The notes: generated by a model from the letters alone, not told the origin. Positions 20,035-30,645 are shown, counted from the stretch's first letter. The stretch is DNA of 57,363 nt from a virus (IMGVR_UViG_3300043466_002831:1-57363); one strand, 5' to 3'. Translations and numbers: made by a program.

Positions 20035-21354
20035 ATGAAGTTCACGTCGATTTTAAAAAGAGTCATTTTAGAGCAGTCAAGATTTGAATTGTTGTCTGAC
20101 GCATTAACCAAACCATCAAAAGACAAAGAAGGTAATAAGGTTAAACCTAAAATGAGTAAAGAAGAGTTCAACCAATTAGTTCAGGCTGACCCAACAACAA
20201 GATTAAATAATGTTGATTTAACCGCTGCGGATTCTAAGGAACTTGAAAAGGTTAAAGCTGGTAAATACGTTCAGTGGTTGATTAAACAATACTTAATGCC
20301 AAAAACCGAAAGACAACCTGGTGAATCGGGATATGAACGTGAAGTTCAACAAGTGAAAGAAACTTTCATGGAGGATTTATATAAGGTTACAGATGACCTT
20401 GCAAAATTTGAAAAGTTTAAGGGTAAACTTCCTCAAGACATGAGAGATATTAACAAGTTAACTCCCGATGCATTATACGATGCAGTTAAGGACTTTGACT
20501 TGACTTTAGCAACAACTACAAAGGCTGAGAGACAATCAGCTCCTGTTCACCCTGGTGCTAAATTGGTATTCGACGGACCAACATGGAGAGTTATTGAAAT
20601 TGAAAACAAAGGACCTGTAGGTAAAGAAGCTGCTTGTTTCTACGGAGGGCACAATAGAGAAACAAGATGGTGTACATCAACACCTGGTACAGACCAATGG
20701 TTTAATCGTTATATTAAAGATGGTCCTTTATATGTTGTATATAATCCAAGTGATACACAAGTTGCACCTGAAACAGGATTACCTGTAAATAGATATCAGT
20801 TCCACTTCCCATCCAATCAGTTCATGGATAAGGATGACCGTCAACAAGATTTGGTTCAGTTATTGAACGGACCAATGAAAGAGTTGAAAAACTTCTTCAA
20901 ACCTGAATTTGCAAAAGGTTTAACAACTGGCGGTGAGAAATTAGTTATTGATAGTTTCAGTCATGGTGCGATTGGCAAGTTTATTGGATTATACGGATTG
21001 GATGATTTGATTGGTAATTTACCTGACACATTGAAAGAATTCCATATTCAAAACAGAGATAAGAATGGTTTAATCATCAACATCCCTGAAGAAATTGGAA
21101 GGTTCAAAGATTTGACTGGTATTATCTTGGACAACTGTATTGCAAGTGTTCCTGATTCAATCTGTACTTTACCTAAATTGAGATTCTTGGCATTGAACAA
21201 CAACGAAAAACTTACAAGTATTCCTGATTGTATTGCGGATTTACCAAGTTTATACTTCTTGAATCTTAAAGGTAGTAACAACGTACAAGTTCCTGAATCA
21301 ATCAAAGCTAAGGGTACTGAAATGGGACCAGGCATGTGGGACCTTCAAGACTAA
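20035..21354 (+). CDS. WCT-motif protein with C-terminal leucine-rich repeats
   Basis: ACFYGGHNRETRWCTS; LRR units IPEEIGRFKDL, VPDSICTLPKLRFLALNNN, IPDCIADLPSLYFLNLKG. Confidence 0.75.
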   Translation: MKFTSILKRVILEQSRFELLSDALTKPSKDKEGNKVKPKMSKEEFNQLVQADPTTRLNNVDLTAADSKELEKVKAGKYVQWLIKQYLMPKTERQPGESGYEREVQQVKETFMEDLYKVTDDLAKFEKFKGKLPQDMRDINKLTPDALYDAVKDFDLTLATTTKAERQSAPVHPGAKLVFDGPTWRVIEIENKGPVGKEAACFYGGHNRETRWCTSTPGTDQWFNRYIKDGPLYVVYNPSDTQVAPETGLPVNRYQFHFPSNQFMDKDDRQQDLVQLLNGPMKELKNFFKPEFAKGLTTGGEKLVIDSFSHGAIGKFIGLYGLDDLIGNLPDTLKEFHIQNRDKNGLIINIPEEIGRFKDLTGIILDNCIASVPDSICTLPKLRFLALNNNEKLTSIPDCIADLPSLYFLNLKGSNNVQVPESIKAKGTEMGPGMWDLQD

Positions 21355-21380
21355 TTGTTTAACTTTTAAAACTTACTTTA

Positions 21381-21668
21381 ATGAATGTTGATGTTGAAAT
21401 ATACATGAATGGATTTATCAAATTTTTCAAGAATAATCCTGATGACCTTTTTACGCTAATACCGAGAGGGAAAGAAGATGAGTTTTATGATAAGATTAGA
21501 GAGACTTCACTTAATAATATTAATAAAGGTGATGACGTTTCTTTAACTCAAAGACAAATTCTTGACATCTGTGTAGTCTTGAATGGTAAAGACCCAAATA
21601 GTCCCAAGAAGGAAAAATTGGAAAGTTTCATTATGGAAACAAAATTTGGAAACATTATCCTGAATTAA
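21381..21668 (+). CDS. hypothetical protein
   Basis: 95-aa ORF. Confidence 0.7.
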   Translation: MNVDVEIYMNGFIKFFKNNPDDLFTLIPRGKEDEFYDKIRETSLNNINKGDDVSLTQRQILDICVVLNGKDPNSPKKEKLESFIMETKFGNIILN

Positions 21669-21686
21669 ATTTATTCATTTAATAAA

Positions 21687-21718
21687 AAAGGTGGGGGACA
21701 TTTTGTCTCCCATTTTTA
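21687..21718 (+). terminator. intrinsic terminator
   Basis: GTGGGGACA-TTT-TGTCTCCCAT then T-run. Confidence 0.55.
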
Positions 21719-21736
21719 TTTTATTATATTTGTAAT

Positions 21737-23389
21737 ATGAAAGAGGTGTTATTTAAAAAGGAGTATTCAAAGTATGAAACGGTTGAACACGAACCTTATA
21801 GTCCTTTCCCTTATTTTAGAAAAAAAATTAAAGACGAGATACTTGGTTTTGATGCTGAGGTTGGTCCTGTTCCTACTAAAAAACACCCATTATTTATTCA
21901 TAAAAAAACTAACGATACTGAAGAGGAGTTTGTTGCTCGATTTGCAGACCAAATGTGTTCTGTTCATATAATTAATAGTACGGTTGTTGTAGAACGAGAT
22001 GGTGATAAAGTTGCTATCAAATTGTTTTATAATTTTAAACACAGACGACCTGGTGTTGTTTGGTTTAAACAAAGTAAGAACGTTCAGTTTATTAGTGTGA
22101 ATACAAAAACGGGTGATGTATATGTTGGGGGGATTGATAATTACCATTTAAAGACAAAGTCGAGAAAACGAATAAGACGTAATTATTTTTTTGGTGAACC
22201 ATTAATGGTGTTGGCTTCATTAATTAGAAATCGGCTCAGGATTCATAATAAGGATGTTGAAATTTCTAATGATGCTATTTCTGCGTTCATCAACGCGATT
22301 GACCCAAATGAAGGTTTTGGGGACCTGACTTGGAACCAAAGGTTATTCAAATTTTATCTGACCAAGAGGGGAGTTAAATTCCCAAATAATTTCCATATAT
22401 ATACTAGTGCTTGGTTTGGGCCTGAGATTAAAAAATCTTTGAAGAAAAATGGTAATCGAATGGTAGACGCTATTATGGATTTAAATAAATTTTCAGGTAA
22501 GAAGATTAAAAAGGCACTACATACTTGTGATGATTTGAATCTTCGTATGTATGAATATGGACGTAATATGTTTGGGGATGATTGGATGAACCAAGATGAG
22601 GAGTTAATCTTGAAATGTTTAAATTCTGATATTTTGTATTACCCACCTCATGAAACCTTCTTGGAGTTTGTTACCACTGAAGAATTGAAACGTGTGTTTA
22701 AGTTATTCAAACAGGTTATTATTAATGGTACTTTGGATGGGTCAACATTCTTTGACCACATTAGATTCTACACTGATTTAAAATTGTATGAACCTAACGT
22801 TAAATGGATGGCGTCTGACGATAATAGAAGTGATTTCAGACACGAACACTTGGATTGGACGGATAAGCTCCAATCGTATCGACAAGGTACGTATTATCGA
22901 CAATATCCTGATTATACCTATACGGTGATATCGAAACCAATTACATTTGGTGATGGGGTGTATTACCCTGTCGTACTTGATAATAGTAATAACTATAACG
23001 AGGAGAGTGCGGTTCAATCCAATTGTGTTAAAACATATGTTGGCAAGGCTGGTTCCATTATTGTATCACTCCGTAAAGGTGGTGTTGACTCAGAAGAAAG
23101 GGCAACGATTGAATATAATATGACCAAAAGTTTAATGAATGAAAATGTCCATATTAATAGAGTCCAATCTTTGGGTAGGTTTAATAAGGGATTACCTGAA
23201 AATTGGAATGAGGTTCTATTGAAATTGGATGAACGTATGTTATATTATATAAATGAAAAAGAATTCGATACGGTTAAGATTAAAAAGGTTCTCAAGTCTG
23301 GTTTGGAACTTGAATCTTCTTCTAATTGGAACACTACTGGCCGCTTGGTTTGGGATACAAAAGAAATTAATGACTATAATCTATGGTAA
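21737..23389 (+). CDS. PcfJ-like domain protein
   Basis: C-terminal YNEESAVQSNCVKTY...RATIEY...Q..GRFN; host-type promoter at 21702-21732. Confidence 0.7.
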   Translation: MKEVLFKKEYSKYETVEHEPYSPFPYFRKKIKDEILGFDAEVGPVPTKKHPLFIHKKTNDTEEEFVARFADQMCSVHIINSTVVVERDGDKVAIKLFYNFKHRRPGVVWFKQSKNVQFISVNTKTGDVYVGGIDNYHLKTKSRKRIRRNYFFGEPLMVLASLIRNRLRIHNKDVEISNDAISAFINAIDPNEGFGDLTWNQRLFKFYLTKRGVKFPNNFHIYTSAWFGPEIKKSLKKNGNRMVDAIMDLNKFSGKKIKKALHTCDDLNLRMYEYGRNMFGDDWMNQDEELILKCLNSDILYYPPHETFLEFVTTEELKRVFKLFKQVIINGTLDGSTFFDHIRFYTDLKLYEPNVKWMASDDNRSDFRHEHLDWTDKLQSYRQGTYYRQYPDYTYTVISKPITFGDGVYYPVVLDNSNNYNEESAVQSNCVKTYVGKAGSIIVSLRKGGVDSEERATIEYNMTKSLMNENVHINRVQSLGRFNKGLPENWNEVLLKLDERMLYYINEKEFDTVKIKKVLKSGLELESSSNWNTTGRLVWDTKEINDYNLW

Positions 23390-23718
23390 GTAAACCTGAA
23401 TATATAATAGGTATTGAAGATGGGAAACCATTTTCAACTTTGGAACTTGATGTTCCTGACGATTTTCAAAAGTTCTTGGATGGTCGTACATTCACCACAG
23501 TTTATAGTGATAATTGGATGGAGTTCAAGACAGGTGAATTTAAAACAAGAAGTAAAATATATTTAACCAAACAATCATTTTATTTATATTTATTTAAAAG
23601 TGCTATGGATGATAAAAGTTTGGCTATTTATTATCGAGAAGAACAATTAAACGAATTAAAATTATTTATAGGACAATTATTAAAAACATATAAGAATGGA
23701 ACAACTAACAGCAAATGA
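23383..23718 (+). CDS. hypothetical protein
   Basis: 111-aa ORF. Confidence 0.7.
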   Translation: MVSKPEYIIGIEDGKPFSTLELDVPDDFQKFLDGRTFTTVYSDNWMEFKTGEFKTRSKIYLTKQSFYLYLFKSAMDDKSLAIYYREEQLNELKLFIGQLLKTYKNGTTNSK

Positions 23719-24016
23719 ATTAAGAAAAAAAATTAGCAACGGAGAAAACTTCGTATTGGACTTATATGCCACTTGGTGTGGACCGTGTAAGGTAATGTTA
23801 AACAACTTAGGTAAAGTAAACGAATCGTTGATTAGTGAATCAACTGACAGACCTAAATATAATATTTATAAATTCGATGTCGATAGCGACATGGATTACA
23901 TGAGAGAGTTGGGTATTAGAAGCGTACCGACAATAAAAATTTTCAAGGAAGGTTCTGAAGTATATTCAAGAGCGGGTGTTATGTCACCAGCAGAAGTCCT
24001 TGGATTACTTAACTAA
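23696..24016 (+). CDS. trxA: thioredoxin
   Basis: WCGPC active site, GIRSVPT. Confidence 0.95.
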   Translation: MEQLTANELRKKISNGENFVLDLYATWCGPCKVMLNNLGKVNESLISESTDRPKYNIYKFDVDSDMDYMRELGIRSVPTIKIFKEGSEVYSRAGVMSPAEVLGLLN

Positions 24017-24021
24017 TTAAT

Positions 24022-24321
24022 ATGAAAGATTTAAATGTAATAGTGTATACAATGAAGGGATGTCCTTTTTGTACAGACTTCAAAGAAATGTTAACTAATG
24101 AAGGAATTGAATTCTTTGATAGAGATATTGACGATTACGATGAGGAATATCAGTTGTTTACTGAAGTCACCGATAACGATATGATTCCTGCGTTATTAAT
24201 TATTGAAACTGATAATGAAAAACATGAATCTTTCTTATATGCGCCTGAAAGAAATTATGATGAGTTGAGAGAGGCTCTCTCAATCATCCAAGAACACAGA
24301 AAAAAAGTTGGTCTGATTTAA
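24022..24321 (+). CDS. glutaredoxin-like protein
   Basis: GCPFC motif. Confidence 0.85.
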   Translation: MKDLNVIVYTMKGCPFCTDFKEMLTNEGIEFFDRDIDDYDEEYQLFTEVTDNDMIPALLIIETDNEKHESFLYAPERNYDELREALSIIQEHRKKVGLI

Positions 24322-25079
24322 AAAATTACAAAATCTTTAACTTTCTGTTTAAGAAAGTCATAATCCTCAAGTGGGTTGGTAACTTCAATAGACCAATCCA
24401 CTTTTTTTATGTCTTTATCTAATGAGGACATGTCAAAGTCAAATACATCTAATATGGCAGACCTTAAAGTCTCATCTTCTTTTTGATTTGCGTTTTTAAC
24501 TGAGAATGATACATCGCCATATTCATCTTTGGTTGTTGACATTGTAAATGTCAGAGTTGAAAATGGGTAATTGTATGGTATGTTGTAGAAAATATGTTTC
24601 CCATAATAATACATCAACCGTCCCTGTTTCAAAGAATAACCATGAGGAAACTCAGAACAAAAAATTAAATTATTATCTTCTGAGATTTGTTTTAAGTGGA
24701 AGTTATAATCGTATGAGTTGGTATTATCTAACAAAAATTCTTCACATTGTGTTTTATGGTATGAACAATTGGTCGAATTGTTATGGTAAGAGAAGGTTAA
24801 ACTTTCTGATGGTCTTAACTTTGAATCGTACTCAATCAAATCTATCGTATGAGATAACTTTAAATCACCCATTAATTCTTCAAATTTTGTTATGAATTCG
24901 TCCTTTATTTTTGCAATGTCTAAAGGTTCTTTGTATGTGGTTTTACCTTTGATTACATAAAAGTTTAAACAGTCGGCGACTTGGATAATACTTTCCTCGT
25001 CTTTTGGAATTTGATTTAATATGAAATCTGCAAATAAATTAACTATTGATAGTTTGCTTGTTGGTGATTTTAATATCAT
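24318..25079 (-). CDS. degenerate S-adenosylmethionine synthetase (MetK)-like protein
   Basis: by-eye similarity to the MetK N-domain (ADFIL...S.I.V...V.G.TT...DI) and C-domain (S..P.G.S...GR..YY.K.I..NI); catalytic GHPDK and GAGDQG motifs absent. Confidence 0.45.
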   Translation of the reverse strand: MILKSPTSKLSIVNLFADFILNQIPKDEESIIQVADCLNFYVIKGKTTYKEPLDIAKIKDEFITKFEELMGDLKLSHTIDLIEYDSKLRPSESLTFSYHNNSTNCSYHKTQCEEFLLDNTNSYDYNFHLKQISEDNNLIFCSEFPHGYSLKQGRLMYYYGKHIFYNIPYNYPFSTLTFTMSTTKDEYGDVSFSVKNANQKEDETLRSAILDVFDFDMSSLDKDIKKVDWSIEVTNPLEDYDFLKQKVKDFVIF

Positions 25080-25141
25080 TGGTATTTCTTTTGAAATTTA
25101 TTCTTGTTTAAGTATAAACAATTAAATTCACAAAAAGAATA

Positions 25142-26143
25142 TTAAATGTAATCGTTAAAGTATATATTGATATTTTTATCTACCTCTCTTGAGTCGGCGT
25201 AATCCGATGGGTAAACACTCAAACATTCGTCATCCTCGGTTAATACATCTATGTAACTCCCCCAATATTCGAGAGTACTATTATAACCCCACCCTTTGCT
25301 CCTATTCAAGTAATCTAATATATTACTTTCAAAGTTATGTATTGGGACTTGGAAGATTTCAACTTGGGTTTCCTTTTTATACTGGTGTGGTCTACTTGAC
25401 CATTTCCCATTTGGCATGTCAAAATATTTTTCTAATTCACCTGTAACCTCTTTATATAATTTGTCTTCGTATGCGTTATTATATGAAGTCTCGTAGATAT
25501 AATACAATTCATTTTTCAAATCAGATAACTCATCATTCATGATTTCCTTCATTGTTTCTTCATCATCAACAACTTCATCTATATTATCATTATTGATGGT
25601 TGAGTAATCAGTTCCTTGAGTTTCGGCAATTGATTGAAGTAATTCTGTTTGAGGTTCAATTTGAGAACCATTAAGTGTATCTACAATGTATTCTTTTAAT
25701 CTTGTTAAGTTGGCTTTGGTTAATTCTTGAATTACATCTCTATAGACATTATCTGTAAGGTCATAACCATTCCATCCGTCCAAATCATTATCACCATTAA
25801 GAATGGATTCCACGGTACCACGAGATAAATCATTACGTCTATTATCACAAAACAATTTGGATAAATTACCACCTTTGTCGTTAGTTGTCAAATAAGGTTT
25901 ACCGTCAATCATATCAACATCGTGTAAATATTCTTCGGTAATTAATCTATAAAATTCAGGCTTGTCTATTGAATATAAGAATAATAGATATTCATTTTGA
26001 TGTTCATCTAAAATATCTAATTTATCGAAAAATCCTCGTCTATGGGCATATTTGAAAAACACATTAAGTTCATCATTAAAGTATTTCATCCATTCGGATT
26101 CATTACCATTATTATAATCATCTATTAGGTCTTCAATTTCCAT
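25142..26143 (-). CDS. acidic hypothetical protein
   Basis: start moved to MEIEDL, 5 nt after TATTTAT on the minus strand. Confidence 0.75.
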   Translation of the reverse strand: MEIEDLIDDYNNGNESEWMKYFNDELNVFFKYAHRRGFFDKLDILDEHQNEYLLFLYSIDKPEFYRLITEEYLHDVDMIDGKPYLTTNDKGGNLSKLFCDNRRNDLSRGTVESILNGDNDLDGWNGYDLTDNVYRDVIQELTKANLTRLKEYIVDTLNGSQIEPQTELLQSIAETQGTDYSTINNDNIDEVVDDEETMKEIMNDELSDLKNELYYIYETSYNNAYEDKLYKEVTGELEKYFDMPNGKWSSRPHQYKKETQVEIFQVPIHNFESNILDYLNRSKGWGYNSTLEYWGSYIDVLTEDDECLSVYPSDYADSREVDKNINIYFNDYI

Positions 26144-26160
26144 ATAATATAAATACGAAA

Positions 26161-26190
26161 AAAGGGACAATTTTCATTGTCCCCTCCTTA
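26161..26190 (-). terminator. hairpin/terminator
   Basis: GGGACAAT-TTTC-ATTGTCCC preceded by an A-run on + (U-run on -). Confidence 0.55.
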
Positions 26191-26210
26191 ATTTCTTTAA
26201 ACTTAGTTAA

Positions 26211-26372
26211 TTACTTACTAGTTTTGTTTACGTTGTAGTACTTTTCAACCGTTTTTTTGATAGCTGCTTTGACACTTTCGTTAGTTTGTTGTCTCTGAGC
26301 CGCAGCCTGTTGAACCTGTTGAGGTGAAGGCTGTTGTGATTGGTTTCCATTATTTTTGCATCCGCATCCCAT
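26211..26372 (-). CDS. small MGCGC- protein (53 aa, not in track)
   Basis: MGCGCKNNGNQSQQPSPQQVQQ...KKTVEKYYNVNKTSK*. Confidence 0.7.
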   Translation of the reverse strand: MGCGCKNNGNQSQQPSPQQVQQAAAQRQQTNESVKAAIKKTVEKYYNVNKTSK

Positions 26373-26468
26373 GGTATTGTATTTTAGTTAGTTTATTTGT
26401 TTCCTGATAATAAATACTATCTTTGTGGAAATATAAGACTAAAAGAATATTTATCAATTAAAGATACG

Positions 26469-28226
26469 ATGGATTTTTTAAAATTAATACAAGAAGGTAG
26501 AATTGACGATTTCAAAGCCAAGTACTCACAAAAGTTTGGTGAGGAGAATATAAAGAAGATATTAAAGTCAGTCCCACAGAAATATTTGGACTGGGTTGGT
26601 AAACATATGGATGGGGTTAACTTTGACGAGAACCTTTCAAAGATTGAAACTGCTCTTAATGCGTTCCAAAAGATTTCAAGCAACCTTCCAATCACTGACC
26701 TATATCAATATAAGAGTATCGGTCAATTATTTTCAGCCTTAACCGATTACCAAACAAGACAAAGACGAATTGTTAAGAAAGTTGAGGGAGGTAATGTTGT
26801 ATATGATGACGGTAGATTTTTTGTTGTTAATCCATTAACTTATGATACGTCTTGTTATTATGGTAAGGGTACTAAGTGGTGTACTGCAGCATCTACTGAC
26901 CATCAGTTCAAAAGGTATAATGAAGATGGTAAGTTGTTTTATATATTAGACCGACAAGCACCATCTGACAATAAGTTCTATAAAGTTGCATTACTTCAAA
27001 AATTTGATGGGGATAAAACATATTATGATGCATTGGATGCTACGGTTAATAGTGGGTGGATTATCGGAACAAACAAATTGAATGAAATATTAAGTTCTGT
27101 TGACGACTATCTTAATTCAGAATATCCTGAACAAGTTAAGATTTTTAAGGATAAAGAGTTGGCTCGTAAAGAAAGAGACCGATTGGAAAGAGCAAGACAA
27201 GCTCAAATATTAAGACAACGAGAAGAGGAAGCTCAAGAAAGACGTATTGATAATGAATGGGCTTTGGGTCCTAATTGTCCTGATGAAGGTTTAAGGGCTC
27301 ATGCCTTATTGGAGTTTTTATCTGATAATGGAGATGCTGAGATATTAACCAACTTGGACCGAGGTGAGATTGCCAGAATCGAAACTGAGATTGACCAACT
27401 TCAAGCAGAATTTGATAATGATGATGAAGTAAGAAATGATTTGTTGGCGGAGATTGGTGAACTTGAAGATGAGTTGGAAGAATTGGACCAAAAGATTGAT
27501 GTTTACAATATCATCCCAACAGGTTCTTATTATGATACAGATGAATTTGAAGTGATTGGAGTTCCTGACTTGGAAGACCGTAGATATGCAGTTGGAAACG
27601 AACGTGAAATGCAATCAAGTGCTGAGGAATATGTAGAACAATTGATTGATGATGTAGGTTATGAGGGATTCAATTCTAATTTCGTGAGACAACACCTTGA
27701 TTATGATGCAGTTATTGCATATGCCGAAGATTTATTTAATCAAGATGTTTATCAAAATCCTGAGATTTACATCGAAGAATCGGAAAGGGAATTGTCAAGA
27801 AAACAAGAAGAAGACGTTAAAGTTAGGGAAGATAAAATCCAAAGATTGAGTGAGTACATTTCAAGATTGGAAAGTGACATGGATGGTGAAGATGATGAAG
27901 AAATCCAAGAAAAAATTGATGAACTACAAGAATCGATTGATGAGATGGAACAAGAGATTGAAGAAATTAAGGAGGACCCAGAAGGTGACTTCCCTGATGA
28001 ATTAATTGAAGAAATTATCTCAGATAGAGTTCGAGAAGCAAACAATGATATAGAAGGGTTTATGAATGAGTGGGGATTGGAATGGAATGAATATGTAGAT
28101 AAAGATGCATTCATTAAAGCGGTTATTGATGAAGATGGTTACGGTCACACATTAAACGGATATGATGGAAGTGCCGATGAAGTTACTATTCAAGATGAGT
28201 TATTTTATGTTATGAGAATTGATTAA
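26469..28226 (+). CDS. WCT-motif protein with acidic coiled-coil C-terminus
   Basis: TSCYYGKGTKWCTAA; start moved to MDFLKLIQEG. Confidence 0.75.
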   Translation: MDFLKLIQEGRIDDFKAKYSQKFGEENIKKILKSVPQKYLDWVGKHMDGVNFDENLSKIETALNAFQKISSNLPITDLYQYKSIGQLFSALTDYQTRQRRIVKKVEGGNVVYDDGRFFVVNPLTYDTSCYYGKGTKWCTAASTDHQFKRYNEDGKLFYILDRQAPSDNKFYKVALLQKFDGDKTYYDALDATVNSGWIIGTNKLNEILSSVDDYLNSEYPEQVKIFKDKELARKERDRLERARQAQILRQREEEAQERRIDNEWALGPNCPDEGLRAHALLEFLSDNGDAEILTNLDRGEIARIETEIDQLQAEFDNDDEVRNDLLAEIGELEDELEELDQKIDVYNIIPTGSYYDTDEFEVIGVPDLEDRRYAVGNEREMQSSAEEYVEQLIDDVGYEGFNSNFVRQHLDYDAVIAYAEDLFNQDVYQNPEIYIEESERELSRKQEEDVKVREDKIQRLSEYISRLESDMDGEDDEEIQEKIDELQESIDEMEQEIEEIKEDPEGDFPDELIEEIISDRVREANNDIEGFMNEWGLEWNEYVDKDAFIKAVIDEDGYGHTLNGYDGSADEVTIQDELFYVMRID

Positions 28227-28252
28227 GATTTTTATTTGGTTATAATTGTTAT

Positions 28253-29032
28253 ATGGGGAGAAGAAAGAAAATGGCGTTTAAGCTAAATCCAGAGTGGATG
28301 TTAAAAGAACCTTTGGACTTTGAATATAACAAATATACTTTATTGGATTACATTCAAAAATGCGAGAAAAACTTAGAGAACTTTGAAATCTACCCAGACT
28401 TTGTTGAAATATCATTACACTTAGCCAACGTCCAATCTTTATTCAAAGAGAATACAATATTATTGACAGACAAGAAATTCCAATCTTGTGACGATGAAAT
28501 CCTGTTAAAAGATTTATACCCAAAGAAACCAAGAGAACTTTCCAAAGAAGAGGAAGGTGAATTGGACAAGACCTTAAAATACTCCAACCACAAATTGTAC
28601 GATGCTTTCAACACCGCCAAATCAATTTGGAACATGGTGTTTGATAGTGTTGAAATCTCAATTAAAAAGAACCGAGAGAACTTGGCTTCAGGGCGTGGTT
28701 ATGTTTTCTATTATAGAAAATTCAATAACAACATCTATGTTTGGGAATACCAAATCAAGAAAAGAAGAGGTGGTGTGGATTCAAACAAAACGATTCTTAC
28801 CAAGATTTATCAGAGTGAACCTGATGACACAACCCTACTTACAATTATCGAAAACCATTCAACATTTAATAAATTAAAGAATTATATATCATTACCTGTC
28901 TTTGAAATGACGTGCAACCAAGATTTCCCAATGGAACAAACCGTGGTACCAATTATGAAAAGAAAAATAATGTCATATATTTTTCAAATTGTTAATATGG
29001 CTAAGATAAAAAACTTTGACTCTGAAATTTAA
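28253..29032 (+). CDS. hypothetical protein
   Basis: 259-aa ORF. Confidence 0.8.
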   Translation: MGRRKKMAFKLNPEWMLKEPLDFEYNKYTLLDYIQKCEKNLENFEIYPDFVEISLHLANVQSLFKENTILLTDKKFQSCDDEILLKDLYPKKPRELSKEEEGELDKTLKYSNHKLYDAFNTAKSIWNMVFDSVEISIKKNRENLASGRGYVFYYRKFNNNIYVWEYQIKKRRGGVDSNKTILTKIYQSEPDDTTLLTIIENHSTFNKLKNYISLPVFEMTCNQDFPMEQTVVPIMKRKIMSYIFQIVNMAKIKNFDSEI

Positions 29033-29050
29033 TTTTCCTATATTTGTGTC

Positions 29051-29236
29051 GTGGGATTCAATAAACGACTTATTAATTACGACAGAAGCTTGTCGGCACT
29101 TGAGAACAATAAACTGAAAGAGTATTACGGTAAGAGTGATGCTCTTTTTTTTATGGACCAAAAAAGTCGTGAGATATTTAAACTTCATGAGGAAGGTAAA
29201 ACTGATAAAGAAATTTTGGAACTAATAATAAGATAA
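29051..29236 (+). CDS. hypothetical protein (GTG start)
   Basis: 61-aa ORF 4 nt after TATATTTG. Confidence 0.65.
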   Translation: MGFNKRLINYDRSLSALENNKLKEYYGKSDALFFMDQKSREIFKLHEEGKTDKEILELIIR

Positions 29237-29424
29237 TGGAAGATAAAATAACTAAAACCTTGATGTCTAAATTGAGACAACCCATTCACATAAACTACAT
29301 CGCATCTCACATTCTTCGAGTTCCCGAAAGTGAGGCAAGAACCATCCTCGACAAACTCATGGAAGATGGTATTATTGAAGAATCAAAATATGCAAACGAT
29401 TATTATGTGGTCAAAGCAGTGTAA
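29236..29424 (+). CDS. small winged-helix DNA-binding protein
   Basis: EARTILDKLMEDGIIEE wHTH pattern. Confidence 0.6.
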   Translation: MEDKITKTLMSKLRQPIHINYIASHILRVPESEARTILDKLMEDGIIEESKYANDYYVVKAV

Positions 29425-29435
29425 ATAATTTCAGT

Positions 29436-30644
29436 ATGAAAAGAAAAGTAGAATACGTGTGGCTCGACGGATATAAACCTGAGCCGAACTTAAGAAGTAA
29501 AGTTAGAATATTGGATTTCAAATATGAAAACCTTATTTTATTGACCGATATTCCTGAATGGGGTTTTGATGGCTCATCAACTATGCAAGCAGAAGGATAC
29601 TCATCAGATTGTTTCCTTAAACCTGTTAAGTTGTATTCTAACAACTCAGACAGAATTTATGTTCTGTGTGAGGTAATGGGTAGTAATGGGAAACCACACC
29701 AAACAAATGACAGAGCTAAATTAGGTAAAGAAGACAATGATTTTTGGGTTGGATTTGAACAAGAATATTTTATTCGCTCAGCTCATAATAAAGAAATCCT
29801 TGGATTTAATAGAGGAGGTGCGATTGACCCACAAGGAAAATATTATTGTGGTGTTGGTGGACAAATGGTTGGAAGAAGTTTGACTGAAGAACATTTGGAT
29901 ATGTGTTTGGCATACCATATTGGTATTGAAGGTACCAATGCTGAAGTTGCTTTAGGTCAGTGGGAGTATCAAGTATTTTCTAAAGGTAAGTTAACCGCTT
30001 CTGACGATTTATGGATGTCTCGTTATTTCCTTTACAAAATTGCTGAGAAACATGGATTACAAATTGAATTTCACCCTAAACCTATGGTATTCGGTGATTG
30101 GAATGGCTCAGGACTTCACACAAACTTCTCAAACAATAGAATGAGAGAACAGGGCGGAGAAGAATACTTCAAATCAATTTTCAAAGTATTTGGCTCAAGA
30201 ACTAAAGAACATATCGATAACTATGGTTCAGACAATCACTTGAGATTGACTGGTAAACATGAGACTCAGGCAATTGACAAATTTAGTTGGGGTATTTCAG
30301 ACAGAGGTGCATCAATCAGAGTTCCAAGAAGTGTTGGTGAAACATGGAAAGGTTATTTAGAGGACAGACGACCATCATCAAACGCCAATCCTTATAAAAT
30401 CTTAAATGTGATTTGTGAATCTTTATCTTTAGCTGAAGAGTTGGACGAAACACTTCATATTATGTATGATGATGATGTTGACACAACCAAACTTAGTGAG
30501 AAATTTGGTGCAATGTCTAATGAGGATTTATTGGACCAATATCGCAAAGATGCTGAAACTGAATTTGACAACATGGTTGACTTAATGGAATCAAAGGCGA
30601 ATATTCCTTCAGAGGAAATAAAATTTAATGTAAATCAAAATTAA
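29436..30644 (+). CDS. glnII: glutamine synthetase, type II
   Basis: WGFDGSST, GFEQEY, NAEVALGQWEYQV, DWNGSGLHTNFS, RLTGKHET, RGASIR, YLEDRRP. Confidence 0.95.
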   Translation: MKRKVEYVWLDGYKPEPNLRSKVRILDFKYENLILLTDIPEWGFDGSSTMQAEGYSSDCFLKPVKLYSNNSDRIYVLCEVMGSNGKPHQTNDRAKLGKEDNDFWVGFEQEYFIRSAHNKEILGFNRGGAIDPQGKYYCGVGGQMVGRSLTEEHLDMCLAYHIGIEGTNAEVALGQWEYQVFSKGKLTASDDLWMSRYFLYKIAEKHGLQIEFHPKPMVFGDWNGSGLHTNFSNNRMREQGGEEYFKSIFKVFGSRTKEHIDNYGSDNHLRLTGKHETQAIDKFSWGISDRGASIRVPRSVGETWKGYLEDRRPSSNANPYKILNVICESLSLAEELDETLHIMYDDDVDTTKLSEKFGAMSNEDLLDQYRKDAETEFDNMVDLMESKANIPSEEIKFNVNQN

Positions 30645-30645
30645 T

